DNA of 64,000 nucleotides, taken from the NCBI GenBank assembly GCA_039024495.1, contig JBCCQE010000006.1:52244-116243 (forward strand), given 5' to 3'. The notes under the pieces were generated by a model, which was given only the letters and a program-made list of their open reading frames with translations, did no database searches and was not told where the DNA came from. Positions within the stretch are counted from its first letter, which is position 1. Every line of letters starts with the position of its first letter. This DNA is from Planctomycetota bacterium. Lineage in GTDB: Bacteria > Planctomycetota > Phycisphaerae > Phycisphaerales > Phycisphaeraceae. Of this stretch, positions 24,951 to 34,607 are shown one piece after another. Both the position numbers and the translations under genes were made by a program.

Positions 24951-25610
24951 ATGCCCCGCACCCGCATCAAGATCTGCGGCATCACCTCGCTCGCCGCCGC
25001 ACGCGCCGCCGTTGACGCCGGCGCCGATGCCCTCGGCTTCGTCTTCGCCCAAGGCTCGCCCCGCACCATCGACCCCGCCCAAGCCTGCGTCATCGTCGGC
25101 AAGCTCCCCGCCTTCGTCGAGCCCGTCGGCCTGTTCGTCAACACCCCGCCCGACCAGATCGCCGACGCCGCCGAACGCGCCCGCGTCACCACCGTCCAGC
25201 TTCACGGCGACGAGGGCCCCGACGCCGCCCTCCAGCTCGCCCGACGATTCCGCGTCGTCAAAGCCGTCCCCCACGACGCCGCCATCATTGCCCGCTGGCG
25301 CGGCATCTCCCACACCGCCGCCTTGCTCGTCGACGCCCCCCACGCCCCCGGCGAACCCACCGGCGGCACCGGCCGAACCCACGACTACGCTGGCGTGGGC
25401 AACCTCGACCGCACCGGCATGCCCCCCCTCATCCTCGCCGGCGGCCTCACCCCCGACAACGTCGCCGCCGCCATCCACGCCGCACGACCCTTCGCCGTCG
25501 ACGTCTCCTCCGGCGTCGAACAACCCGACCAGCCCGGCACCAAAGACCCCGACCGCATCGCCGCCTTCTGCCAGGCCGTCCGCGACGCCGACGCCGCCAA
25601 CGCCCACTAG
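24951..25610 (+). CDS. trpF: phosphoribosylanthranilate isomerase
   Basis: [35 protein letters not shown] and a C-terminal DVSSGVE. Confidence 0.9.
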   Translation: MPRTRIKICGITSLAAARAAVDAGADALGFVFAQGSPRTIDPAQACVIVGKLPAFVEPVGLFVNTPPDQIADAAERARVTTVQLHGDEGPDAALQLARRFRVVKAVPHDAAIIARWRGISHTAALLVDAPHAPGEPTGGTGRTHDYAGVGNLDRTGMPPLILAGGLTPDNVAAAIHAARPFAVDVSSGVEQPDQPGTKDPDRIAAFCQAVRDADAANAH

Positions 25611-25663
25611 CTCGCGCCTCGCCACGCGGCTCGCCGCGCCCAGCGCCCCGTACACTGCGACCC

Positions 25664-26563
25664 ATGCAGCCCTACCTCGATCTGCTCCGCCACGTCCTCA
25701 AGCACGGCCACGACAAGCCCGACCGAACCGGCACCGGCACCCGATCCGTCTTCGGCCACCAGATGCGATTCGACCTCGCCCAAGGCCTGCCCCTGGTCAC
25801 CACCCGCAAGATCCACACGCGCACCCTCATCGTCGAGCTGCTCTGGTTCATCGCCGGCGGACGCAACAACAACGAACTCCGCAACCAGAACGTCACCATC
25901 TGGGACGAATGGGCCGACCCCGACACCGGCGACCTCGGCCCCATCTACGGCCACCAATGGCGCCACTGGCCTGACAACCCCAACGACCCGGACGCAGGCC
26001 ACACCGACCAGCTCGCCAACGTCCTCGACTCCCTCAAACACAACCCCCACTCCCGCCGCCACATCGTCTCCGCCTGGAACGTCGCCCAACTCGACGACAT
26101 GGCCCTGCCACCCTGTCACACCCTCTTCCAGTTCTACGTCACCCCACCCACGACCGACGACTCCTCCCACGCCGCGGCTGAGCGCAGCGAAGCCGCGGGT
26201 CCGCATCGCAACGATCGCAACAACAAAACTTCCGGGGGGCGCCTCTCCTGCCAGCTCTACCAACGCTCCGGCGACCTCTTCCTCGGCGTCCCCTACAACA
26301 TCGCCGGCTACGCCCTGCTCACCATGATGATCGCCCACACCCTCGGCTACGCCCCCGGCGACTTCGTCCATACCCTCGGCGACGCCCACATCTACGACAA
26401 CCACCGCGAACAAGTCGACACCCAGCTCCGCCGCACCCCCCGCCCCCTGCCCACCGTCCACCTCAACCCCCAAGTCACCTCCCTCTTCGACTTCACCCCC
26501 CAAGACATCACCATCCGCGGCTACGACCCCCACCCCCCCATCAAAGCCGCGGTCGCGGTGTGA
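25664..26563 (+). CDS. thyA: thymidylate synthase (ThyA) with ~30-aa internal insertion
   Basis: [52 protein letters not shown] and GDAHIY. The insertion lies between FQFYV and LSCQ. Confidence 0.95.
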   Translation: MQPYLDLLRHVLKHGHDKPDRTGTGTRSVFGHQMRFDLAQGLPLVTTRKIHTRTLIVELLWFIAGGRNNNELRNQNVTIWDEWADPDTGDLGPIYGHQWRHWPDNPNDPDAGHTDQLANVLDSLKHNPHSRRHIVSAWNVAQLDDMALPPCHTLFQFYVTPPTTDDSSHAAAERSEAAGPHRNDRNNKTSGGRLSCQLYQRSGDLFLGVPYNIAGYALLTMMIAHTLGYAPGDFVHTLGDAHIYDNHREQVDTQLRRTPRPLPTVHLNPQVTSLFDFTPQDITIRGYDPHPPIKAAVAV

Positions 26564-26603
26564 TCAGCGACTCACGCCGCGTGAGTCGATCACTACAACA
26601 ATT

Positions 26604-26737
26604 AGCGAAGGCCGCGGAGACGCGAAGGCGCGAAGAAGAATGTCAACACGTCTCACGCCGACGCGAGTACGCTTGGATGAACCGTAAAGAAACGATTCCT
26701 CAACTCCGCGTCTTCGCGCCTCCGCGCGCTTCGCGAT
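26604..26737. repeat. octamer-periodic inverted-repeat element A (thyA-folA spacer)
   Basis: The left arm is GCGAAGG CCGCGGAG ACGCGAAG GCGCGAAG. The right arm is CTCCGCGT CTTCGCGC CTCCGCGC GCTTCGCG. About 63 nt of lower-GC sequence separates them. Confidence 0.8.
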
Positions 26738-26754
26738 AAACACCCCGACAAACC

Positions 26755-27282
26755 ATGCCCCCCTCCATCTCCCTCATCTACGCTCGCGCCGAGAACGGCT
26801 GCATCGGCAAAGACGGCCGCATGCCCTGGCACCTCCCGCAAGACTTCAAGCACTTCAAACGCACCACCATGGGCAAGCCCATCCTCATGGGCCGCAAGAC
26901 CTACGAAGACCACTCCTCCGCCCTGCCCGGCCGGCTCAACGTCGTCATCACCCGCAACCGCGCCTATCAGCCCGCCGAGGGCGTCCGCGTCGCCCACTCG
27001 CTCGAAGACGCCATCGACCTCGCCTACCGCCAGACCGGCTCGCAAGAGGTCTTCGTCATCGGCGGCACCCTCTTCTTCAACGCCGCCCTGCCCATGGCAT
27101 CCGACGTCTACGAAACCGTCGTCCACACCACCCTCGAAGGCGACGCCTTCCTCAAGACCTACGACTTCACCGGCTGGAAGACCCGCACCCTCGCCGAATA
27201 CCCCGCCGACGACAAACACGCCTACGCCTTCACCATCTACCACCACTGCCGCCGCGCCAACTCCCCCTTCATCGAAGTCTGA
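26755..27282 (+). CDS. folA: dihydrofolate reductase
   Basis: ISLIYARAENGCIGKDGRMPWHLPQDFKHFKRTTMGKPILMGRKTYE, with position downstream of thyA. Confidence 0.95.
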   Translation: MPPSISLIYARAENGCIGKDGRMPWHLPQDFKHFKRTTMGKPILMGRKTYEDHSSALPGRLNVVITRNRAYQPAEGVRVAHSLEDAIDLAYRQTGSQEVFVIGGTLFFNAALPMASDVYETVVHTTLEGDAFLKTYDFTGWKTRTLAEYPADDKHAYAFTIYHHCRRANSPFIEV

Positions 27283-27343
27283 CCCGCCCCGCGCCTGCCC
27301 GTTTAGCCCACGCCCGAAGGGCGCGGCTCCCCATCAACCCGCC

Positions 27344-27679
27344 TCACCCCCCCGCCGCCGCGTCCACCGTGTCATGGATCTCCCACACCGTGTCCAGCTT
27401 GCACCGCCGGATCATCTCCAGCACCGCCGGCTGCACCGCCGCAAACCGCACCGTGCACCCCCGCGCCTCCACGCCCCGCGTGTACGCCATCATCGTCCCG
27501 ATCCCAAGGCTCGGCATCAGCTCCACGCCCGACATATCGAAGATCGTCAGCACCGGCCGATGCGCCGCCGCTGGCACCAGCTTGCCCTGCAAGTCCAGCG
27601 CATCCACCGCCGACATCGACCCGGTGAGCTTGATCACCCAGGCCTCGCCGTGCTCGTAAGTCTCGACCGTGATCGGCAT
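27344..27679 (-). CDS. STAS-domain protein (anti-sigma-factor antagonist-like)
   Basis: Start MPITVETYE with AAGGAG 5 nt upstream. SpoIIAA-like FDMSGVELMPSLGIG at 111 aa. The longer track ORF is rejected. Confidence 0.8.
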   Translation of the reverse strand: MPITVETYEHGEAWVIKLTGSMSAVDALDLQGKLVPAAAHRPVLTIFDMSGVELMPSLGIGTMMAYTRGVEARGCTVRFAAVQPAVLEMIRRCKLDTVWEIHDTVDAAAGG

Positions 27680-27758
27680 CGCAGCTCCTTCCCGACAGCA
27701 GCCGCATACCATACCCCGCCAAGCCGTCTCCGCCACCGGCCCCGCCGATGGCCCCCTA

Positions 27759-27831
27759 GGGCGATTAACTCAGCGGCAAGAGTGCTTCCCTTACAAGGAA
27801 GAGGTCGCAGGTTCGAATCCTGCATCGCCCA
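27759..27831 (+). tRNA. tRNA-Val (anticodon UAC)
   Basis: A hand-folded 73-nt cloverleaf. Acceptor GGGCGAT/ATCGCCC, D stem ACTC/GAGT, anticodon stem CTTCC/GGAAG with loop CTTACAA, T stem GCAGG/CCTGC with loop TTCGAAT, and discriminator A. CCA is not encoded. Confidence 0.97.
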
Positions 27832-28260
27832 TTCATCACCCACCCGCGCGCCGCTCATGCACGCCCGGGCTCCAAAGCCCACCATCACGCCCGCTCTGCA
27901 CCGCCGACGCAGCGCGCGACATCGCTCCTTGATCCATCAAACCTCACCGCGCCGCCTCGCCCTTGAGTCGCAGCTCAAGGCCACGCCTTGACACAACCGC
28001 GGCCGCTGATACCTTTGGCATTCGCTCAGGCAACATTCATTTTCCGCCGCGAGCGAACGTCCGAACAACCCGACCCAACGCCGCCTCATCCGTAAGTTTT
28101 CCCAAGGCGATTCGCGTTGCCTGCGTAGCGAATCGGGCTCTTAGTCCCGTCGCGAACGCAGACCTTAAAACCCGTCCACCCGCCTCGCGGTCACGAAGAC
28201 CTTTCAGCGTCGGGGGCATCGTTGTACGACGCTAACTGCCGAGGGTAAGGAGACCACGCC

Positions 28261-29637
28261 ATGTGGATTCGCAAGTTGTCTGTGCGCTTGTTCCTGGGTT
28301 GCTGCCTCGCCTCGTTCGGCCTGCACGCCCCGCCGACCCACGCGGTCGATATCTACGTCAGCGATTCGACCGGCAGCGACGCCAACAGCGGCACCTCGAC
28401 CGCCGCCGCCGTCAAGACCCTCGATCGCGCCATGCAGCTCGTCGCCGAGGGCGTCGGCACCGGCGTCTACCTCAAGTCCGGCGACACCTTCCAAGACCAG
28501 AACTTCGGCCGATTCAACCGCTCCAGCAACGGCGGCACCGCCGAAAACCCCTTCGTCATCGGCTCCTACGGCGGCGACGCACGCCCCGTCGTCCGACCCG
28601 CCGGCACCGACAGCGGCTTTCGCATCTGGGGCGACAACGTCAACCACGTCCGCCTCGAGAACATCGAGTTCTCCAAGCCCCTCGACCAGCACGGCGGCGG
28701 CGCAGGCGTCTCCGTCCTCAACCCCATGACCGGCCTCACGCTCGACGGCGTCGTCACCTCCGGCTTCTCCGTCGGCGTCCAGCTCCAAGGCCGCGAGAAC
28801 GAGCACATCCACGACATCGTCATCCGCAACTCGATCATCGAGCACTCCTTCGTCGACAAGAACGTCTCCAGCGGCCACTCGTCCGGGTTCTACTCCTCCA
28901 ACGTCGAAAACCTGCTCATCGAGAATAATGTCTTCGACCACAACGGCTGGAACGAAAACCTCGACGGCGCAGCGCCCACTAAGTTCAACCACAACCTCTA
29001 CATCCAAAGCGACACCGTCGATGTCGTCGCCCGCGACAACATCATCACCCGCGCCTCCGCCGCCGGCCTGCAGATGCGCCCCGGCGGTGTGGTCGAGGGC
29101 AACGTCTTCGTCGAAAACTCAGACGCCTTCTACCTCTCCAACGGCCAGCCCGACGCCAACGGCCAGGCTATCGGCAACGTCGTGCTCCACGGCTCGGACA
29201 AGGACATCGACGGCGCCGTCGCTTGGGGCATCGACCTCAAAGACAACGCCGGCTACGCCGCTATCGGCAACCTCGTCGCCCACGGCCCGGACAACGCAGG
29301 CGCCGCGCTGGTCAACCTCGACGGCGTCACCACCGCCGACAACGTCGTCTACGACTGGGGCAACAGCCCCGATCTCGGCACCCTGCAAGGCGTCGAACAA
29401 CGCACCATCTACACCTATCAAGAGCTCCTCGGCCGCGAGGCCACCATCGAAGCGTTCATCGCCGACGCCAAGGCGTTCCTGCCGACCCACTCGGCAGACG
29501 CCGTCACCGCGTACTTCCTCGAGGGGCTCGTCTACCCCCGCAGCGTGGAGGATGTCGCGCTGCCCGAGCCCGGCGCCGCGTCGCTCATGGCCTTGGGCAT
29601 CGCCGCCGCCTGCGTCCGCCGCAAGCGGGTCGCCTGA
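28261..29637 (+). CDS. PEP-CTERM-anchored right-handed beta-helix protein
   Basis: AAGGAG RBS and a signal peptide. Parallel beta-helix-type repeats (NVxxxNNxF, IIxxS). The C-terminus LPEPGAASLMALGIAAACVRRKRVA is a PEP motif plus TM helix plus basic tail. Confidence 0.85.
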   Translation: MWIRKLSVRLFLGCCLASFGLHAPPTHAVDIYVSDSTGSDANSGTSTAAAVKTLDRAMQLVAEGVGTGVYLKSGDTFQDQNFGRFNRSSNGGTAENPFVIGSYGGDARPVVRPAGTDSGFRIWGDNVNHVRLENIEFSKPLDQHGGGAGVSVLNPMTGLTLDGVVTSGFSVGVQLQGRENEHIHDIVIRNSIIEHSFVDKNVSSGHSSGFYSSNVENLLIENNVFDHNGWNENLDGAAPTKFNHNLYIQSDTVDVVARDNIITRASAAGLQMRPGGVVEGNVFVENSDAFYLSNGQPDANGQAIGNVVLHGSDKDIDGAVAWGIDLKDNAGYAAIGNLVAHGPDNAGAALVNLDGVTTADNVVYDWGNSPDLGTLQGVEQRTIYTYQELLGREATIEAFIADAKAFLPTHSADAVTAYFLEGLVYPRSVEDVALPEPGAASLMALGIAAACVRRKRVA

Positions 29638-29671
29638 CAAGACCGCTCGATCCCAACTCCCTCACGGCCCT

Positions 29672-29706
29672 CGGCAACCCATCGTTGCCGGGGGTTTTTC
29701 TTTCTT
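29672..29706 (+). terminator. Rho-independent terminator of the PEP-CTERM gene
   Basis: Stem CGGCAAC/GTTGCCG with loop CCATC, followed by GGGGTTTTTCTTTCTT. It lies 35 nt after the stop. Confidence 0.7.
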
Positions 29707-29892
29707 GAGTCGCTTGCCCGGCTCCAACCGCTTCTTATCCAAGCCCCCACGCAGCGACGCACGTTCAGCCACGTCAACCAATCGTGTACGATCCCGCCGC
29801 CGCGTTGAGGCCCGTCGCCCACCGCCCGTGGGCCGCCTGCCTCCGGCTCCATCCCCGCCCGATCGCCGCCTCCCCACGCTCCACCCGCGCCC

Positions 29893-31692
29893 ATGCTGCT
29901 CAACTTCTTCCGCGATCAAACCGCCAACGCCAAGTCCGACATCCTCTCCGGGCTTACCGTCGCGCTCGCGCTCGTCCCCGAAGCCGTCGCCTTCGCCTTC
30001 GTCGCCGGCGTCGACCCGCTCATCGGCCTGTACTCCGCCTTCTTCCTCGGGCTCATCACCGCCGTCCTCGGCGGACGACCGGGCATGATCTCCGGCGCGA
30101 CCGGCGCGATGGCCGTCGTCGTCGTCGCCCTCGTCGCCACCCACGGCGTCGTCTACCTCTTCCCCGCCGTCATCTTCTGCGGGCTCATCCAGATCACCGT
30201 CGGCCTCGCGCGGCTCGGCAAGCTCATCCGCATCGTCCCGCTGCCCGTCATGCTCGGCTTCGTCAACGGCCTCGCGATCGTCATCGGCCTGGCCCAGCTC
30301 GGCAGCTTCGAGGTCCTCGGCGAAAACGGCGCGCTCGAATACATGGCCGGCCCGCAGCTCTTCATCATGCTCGCCCTCGTCGCCGCGACCATGGCCATCA
30401 TCTGGGGCCTGCCCAAGCTCACCCGTGCCGTCCCCTCCTCGCTCGCCGCCATCGTCGCCATCTCCCTGGCCGCCGCCGCGATCAACGCCTACGCCCCCGC
30501 CTCCTGGGCCCCGCCCAACGCCGCCCACGTCGCGCCCACCGTCGGCGACATGCTCGCCGCCAACCTCCGCGCCAACGCCGTCGAGCACGCCGCCGAAGAA
30601 GCCAACGCCGACAACGTCGCCGCCGCCCACGCCGCCGCCCAAACCGCCGGCCTCTCCATCGACGACCACGCCCACGGCCACGGCTCGTCCGACCACCACC
30701 TCGACCTGCTCACCGACGAACAGATCGCCGCCGCCATCGCCACCGTCCGCGAAGAAGACGCCGGCCTCTCCGGCGACTGGCCCAAGCTCTTCTTCCTCGA
30801 CAGCCAGTACGACGTCCTCCCGCCCTTCACGCTCGAAACCCTCTGGATCATCCTGCCCTTCTCGCTCGTCCTCGCCGGCGTCGGGCTCATCGAGTCGCTC
30901 ATGACGATGACCCTCATCGACGAGATCACCGACACCCGCGGCCGCGGCAACCGCGAGTGCGTCGGCCAGGGCGTCGCCAACGTCACCTGCGGGTTCTTCG
31001 GCGGCATGGGCGGATGCGCGATGATCGGTCAGTCGCTCATCAACGTGAACTCCGGCGGCCGCGGCAGGCTCTCGGGCGTCACCGCCGCCGTCATGCTCCT
31101 GCTGTTCGTGCTCGTCCTCGCCCCGTGGATCGAGTTGATCCCGATGGCCGCGCTCGTCGGCGTGATGTTCATGGTCGTCATCGGCACGTTCGAGTGGGCC
31201 ACCCTGCACATGTGGCGCAAGGTCCCCCTCGCCGACTACGCCGTGATGCTCCTCGTCACCGCCTACACCGTCGTCATGCACGACCTCGCCACCGCCGTCC
31301 TGCTCGGCGTCGCCGTCTCGGCCGTCGTCTTCACCTGGCGTCACGCCACCCACGTCTTCGCCGACGAAAAGATGAACGAGCACGGCTCGAAGGTATATCA
31401 GCTCCACGGCCCGCTCTTCTTCGCCTCCGTGCCCTCCTTCAAAGAGCTGTTTCACCCCAAATACGACCCGCAAGACGTCGTGATCGACTTCTACTACACC
31501 CGCGTCTACGACCAGTCCGCCCTCGAAGCGATCCACGCCGTCGCCGAGAAATACCGAGCCGAGAGCAAGCAGGTCCACCTCACCCACCTCTCCCCCGAAT
31601 GCCGCGACCTGTTAGGCAAAGCCGGCGACCTCGTCGAAGTCAACATCTCAGAAGACCCCCAATACCACGTCGCGACGGATCGGCTGGGGTAA
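29893..31692 (+). CDS. SulP-family anion transporter with C-terminal STAS domain
   Basis: [25 protein letters not shown], and [28 protein letters not shown]. The C-terminal STAS-like segment reads [12 protein letters not shown]. There is a large hydrophilic insertion in mid-protein. Confidence 0.92.
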   Translation: MLLNFFRDQTANAKSDILSGLTVALALVPEAVAFAFVAGVDPLIGLYSAFFLGLITAVLGGRPGMISGATGAMAVVVVALVATHGVVYLFPAVIFCGLIQITVGLARLGKLIRIVPLPVMLGFVNGLAIVIGLAQLGSFEVLGENGALEYMAGPQLFIMLALVAATMAIIWGLPKLTRAVPSSLAAIVAISLAAAAINAYAPASWAPPNAAHVAPTVGDMLAANLRANAVEHAAEEANADNVAAAHAAAQTAGLSIDDHAHGHGSSDHHLDLLTDEQIAAAIATVREEDAGLSGDWPKLFFLDSQYDVLPPFTLETLWIILPFSLVLAGVGLIESLMTMTLIDEITDTRGRGNRECVGQGVANVTCGFFGGMGGCAMIGQSLINVNSGGRGRLSGVTAAVMLLLFVLVLAPWIELIPMAALVGVMFMVVIGTFEWATLHMWRKVPLADYAVMLLVTAYTVVMHDLATAVLLGVAVSAVVFTWRHATHVFADEKMNEHGSKVYQLHGPLFFASVPSFKELFHPKYDPQDVVIDFYYTRVYDQSALEAIHAVAEKYRAESKQVHLTHLSPECRDLLGKAGDLVEVNISEDPQYHVATDRLG

Positions 31693-31798
31693 ATCCTCAC
31701 TCGCTACCGCCGTCCGCATCGGACTTCCAACAGCTCCACTGCAGCTATATACTCGCGAATATTCTACTTTCGCGGGACTAAGAATCTTGAGTTTCCCA

Positions 31799-33694
31799 AT
31801 GCCCAACTTGCTGCGAGCGATGTATCAGCGATCACTCCGCGACCCTTGCACACCCCACGCAACGGCGATCGAACCGCTCGAACCTCGCATGATGTTCAAC
31901 GGCACGCTGCCTTCTTCGCCTGCCGATGCGGTTTCGACCGTCGTCTATTCTTCAATAAGCGAAGCAGAAATTACCGAACCGGCCGACCACGAACGCGCCA
32001 TCCGGCACGAAGCCTTCGATGCCGATGGGCCCCACGGAACGGCATCAACTCAGGGGCTCTCAGCAACCGGCCCAACCACACCAGACCCGGACTCTGTCTC
32101 GTTCATCTACGACGCGGATAGTCACGACGGCACCCTCGACTCACGAGCTGCATTCTCTTTGGTGGCAACTGACCTCGACGGAGATGGGGTCCTCGACCTG
32201 ATGAGTGGCACGACCGCCTGGCTGGGCAAGGGAGACGGCACGTTTCGTGAGGCCTCGCCGACCGTCGTGGCCGACCTAGTTAATTCCCCAACGGTCTTTC
32301 TTGCAGGTGATCTCGATGGAAACGGCTTGGGTGACCTAGTCATCTACGACTACTATTTCGAGGACGACGACCGCTTGCTCGTGCTGCTTGTCCAGCCCGA
32401 TGGGATCATTGAGATATCTCAAGAGATCACGACCGAGCCAGGGACGCAAAACCCTCGCGGAACAACGGCCTCGGTGTCTGGGGGAGTCATCGAATTCGGC
32501 GATCTAGATGGAGACGGCAATCAAGACATGGTGACCGCGAGTTATCTGCTCGAGCCCACTCGCGTATCGTCTTTGAACATCTACTTCGGCAAGGGTGACG
32601 GCACGTTCGAGCAGCCGATCAATCGCCCGGTATCCGATGGGAGTATCTGGAACTTTGCCATTGCAGACTTTGACCGTGACGGGTCAGAAGACATCGCGGT
32701 CGTCGCTGGATTTAGCGACTTACGCCTTATCTATTTTGGAGGACCAAGCCGGTCCTTCGAAGTAGCCACAGCTTTCGGCGACACATCTAGCATAACCCTC
32801 ATCGACGAAGACTTTGATGGCGATGGCATCACAGACCTAGGCATAGGGACATCAATCCTCTTTGGCAATGGCGACGGGACTTTTGAGCTGTTCACAGGAC
32901 CCCCATGGCCAACATTTCCATACGGGATTGCTGCCGCCGATCTCGACGGAAACGGGACCGAAGACATCATCGTCAGCGAGCACTATCCCGGCTCGATTTA
33001 TGTCGGGTTCATGGCTCCGGATCGAACCATGACCGACTTCGTGGAGTTCGATGCGGGCATCAACGACTCTGGATTGCTCGTGCCCGCCGATCTGGATCGC
33101 GACGGCGACGTTGATCTGATCAACATCGGGATTGAGAGTTATCACTTCGAACCCCTGATCAATCAGCGAATTCCTTCTCCGGTCGACGACCCGCCAGTGG
33201 ATGACCCACCGTTAGACGACTCTCCTGCCGACGGGCCACCCACGGATGACCCGCCGGTAGACGATCCACCCATCGAAGACCCCCCGATGGAAGACCCGCC
33301 AGCAGACGACATTCCGACGTCTACGGTGGTTGGATTCGACAAGATGAAGAAGCGTGCCGCCGAGGCGGGGCGTAAGGCGAAGTTCCGTGTCGTCCGCGAG
33401 GGAGATCTTTCCAAAAAAACCCGGGTGAGGCTCGACTTTGACGGCAAGGCCAAGTATCGCAAGGACTACGATCTTAAGGTCAGTGGCGGGGGGAAGATGA
33501 ACGGTAAACGGCTCGTCATCCCCAAGGGCAAGAAAGCCGTAAAAATCACCGTCATCCCTCAAGATGACAGGAAGCGCGAGGGAAACGAATCGATCAAGAT
33601 CTCCGTGCGTCAGACCGCAGCGGTTTCGCTACCCATTAACGACGTGCCGAGCCTGCGAGCCTTGTTCAAAAGCAAAATCAAAGACAACGATTGA
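31799..33694 (+). CDS. secreted FG-GAP/VCBS-repeat protein with (DDPPx)n linker and Calx-beta-like C-terminal domain
   Basis: Seven D-x-D-G-D/N-G-xxD calcium-loop repeats (DLDGDGVLDL, GDLDGNGLGDLV, ADFDRDGSEDIAV ...). N-terminal IEPLEPRMMF motif. A 15-nt-periodic DDPPV array lies near 33178-33318. The C-terminus FRVVREGDLSKKTRVRLDF...ITVIPQDDRKREGNESIKISV is Calx-beta-like. GC is clearly lower than in the flanks. An alternative TTG start is at 31787. Confidence 0.85.
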   Translation: MPNLLRAMYQRSLRDPCTPHATAIEPLEPRMMFNGTLPSSPADAVSTVVYSSISEAEITEPADHERAIRHEAFDADGPHGTASTQGLSATGPTTPDPDSVSFIYDADSHDGTLDSRAAFSLVATDLDGDGVLDLMSGTTAWLGKGDGTFREASPTVVADLVNSPTVFLAGDLDGNGLGDLVIYDYYFEDDDRLLVLLVQPDGIIEISQEITTEPGTQNPRGTTASVSGGVIEFGDLDGDGNQDMVTASYLLEPTRVSSLNIYFGKGDGTFEQPINRPVSDGSIWNFAIADFDRDGSEDIAVVAGFSDLRLIYFGGPSRSFEVATAFGDTSSITLIDEDFDGDGITDLGIGTSILFGNGDGTFELFTGPPWPTFPYGIAAADLDGNGTEDIIVSEHYPGSIYVGFMAPDRTMTDFVEFDAGINDSGLLVPADLDRDGDVDLINIGIESYHFEPLINQRIPSPVDDPPVDDPPLDDSPADGPPTDDPPVDDPPIEDPPMEDPPADDIPTSTVVGFDKMKKRAAEAGRKAKFRVVREGDLSKKTRVRLDFDGKAKYRKDYDLKVSGGGKMNGKRLVIPKGKKAVKITVIPQDDRKREGNESIKISVRQTAAVSLPINDVPSLRALFKSKIKDND

Positions 33695-33700
33695 CCCCTG

Positions 33701-34447
33701 CTACTCCGCGGCCGCCGCTCCCGTGATCGCGCCAAGCCGTTCCAGGCTTTCGCGGGCCTCCGCGGCCGAGCGCGAGTCGGGGGCGAGCTCGGTGGCGGTG
33801 CGGTAGGCGGCGATGGCGTCTTCGGGGCGGTGGGCCCATTCCATGCGAAGGGCGTGGCGGTTCATCGCGAACGCTGAGTGGCCGGCCGGGCGGTTTGGGA
33901 GCAATTGACCTTCGGACAGGCGCTCGGCGAGGAAGGCGTAGTCTTCGCTGGCGACGTGGGCCATCTCGAAACGCTCGGGCAGGTTCTCCGTCGTCGCGGC
34001 GCGGACGAAGCGCACCTCGAGGTTTTCCGGGTCGGCCTCCACCGCCTCGTTCATCAGCGTCACGCCCTCTTTCGATAGCTCGTACTTCCGCCACGGCGCC
34101 CATTCGCGCTTGGCGTGCAGCAGGCGGCAGCTCCCTAAATAGGCCTTGATCACGGCGTCGTCGGGGTGGGCCTTGGCGAGCTCGTCGAACCGCTTCTCGG
34201 CTTCCTTCGCGGCCGAGCGGTGGTCGGTGACGCCCAGGTCGTACCAGGCCCGGGCCAGGTCCAGCTCGGCGGCCAGGTCGCCGGGCTGCTCGGCGATGCG
34301 GGCCTCGGCGGCGGCGATCCGCTCGCGGGCCTCGGCGCGGCGGGCGTCGCGCTCGGCGTCGGCCACCGCGGGGGCCGACACGCAAAGCCCAACCAGGGCG
34401 AGGCAGATGGCGGCCAGTAAACGACAGGGGCGGGCGGTGCTGGGCAT
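33701..34447 (-). CDS. secreted helical-repeat (TPR-like) protein
   Basis: Start MPSTARPCRLLAAICLALVGLCVSAPAVA is a signal peptide. The rest is helical and Ala/Glu/Arg-rich with TPR-like W/Y spacing. The upstream part of the track ORF is rejected. Confidence 0.65.
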   Translation of the reverse strand: MPSTARPCRLLAAICLALVGLCVSAPAVADAERDARRAEARERIAAAEARIAEQPGDLAAELDLARAWYDLGVTDHRSAAKEAEKRFDELAKAHPDDAVIKAYLGSCRLLHAKREWAPWRKYELSKEGVTLMNEAVEADPENLEVRFVRAATTENLPERFEMAHVASEDYAFLAERLSEGQLLPNRPAGHSAFAMNRHALRMEWAHRPEDAIAAYRTATELAPDSRSAAEARESLERLGAITGAAAAE

Positions 34448-34607
34448 CGGCGGATGATAAATCGCCCCGCCCGAGGGTGTCGATTTGACGCCCGCGTGAA
34501 CGTTTGGTGTCGCAGGACTGCGCCCAAGCTGCCGAGGTTGCCTACGCTGGTGAAAAGCCGGCCAACCTCCGTGCCGGCCAGACCTTGGATCGATCTCGGA
34601 GAACAGC

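Noticed and set aside
26141-26242. thyA insertion assigned as a sixth member of the palindromic element family
   Set aside because: Only an 8-bp central hairpin and a 13-of-14 string match to element A are visible. There are no extended mirrored octamer arms. I kept it as a separate, lower-confidence finding.
28037-28219. 60-aa minus-strand ORF in the tRNA-downstream spacer
   Set aside because: Third-position GC is only about 55-60% and rare codons appear (TTA, AGG, CTA, AGA). That is unlike every confident gene here, and there is no RBS.
30480-30800. Large hydrophilic insertion in the SulP transporter as a repeat or mobile insertion
   Set aside because: The DNA has normal high GC and GC3 and no inverted or tandem periodicity. 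It looks like an ordinary lineage-specific loop.
27759-33700. tRNA-Val-linked genomic island covering the PEP-CTERM, SulP and FG-GAP genes
   Set aside because: I found no integrase and no convincing direct repeat of the tRNA 3' end. The best match near 31693 is only about 10 of 16. Only the FG-GAP gene is compositionally deviant, while SulP and the PEP-CTERM gene look native.
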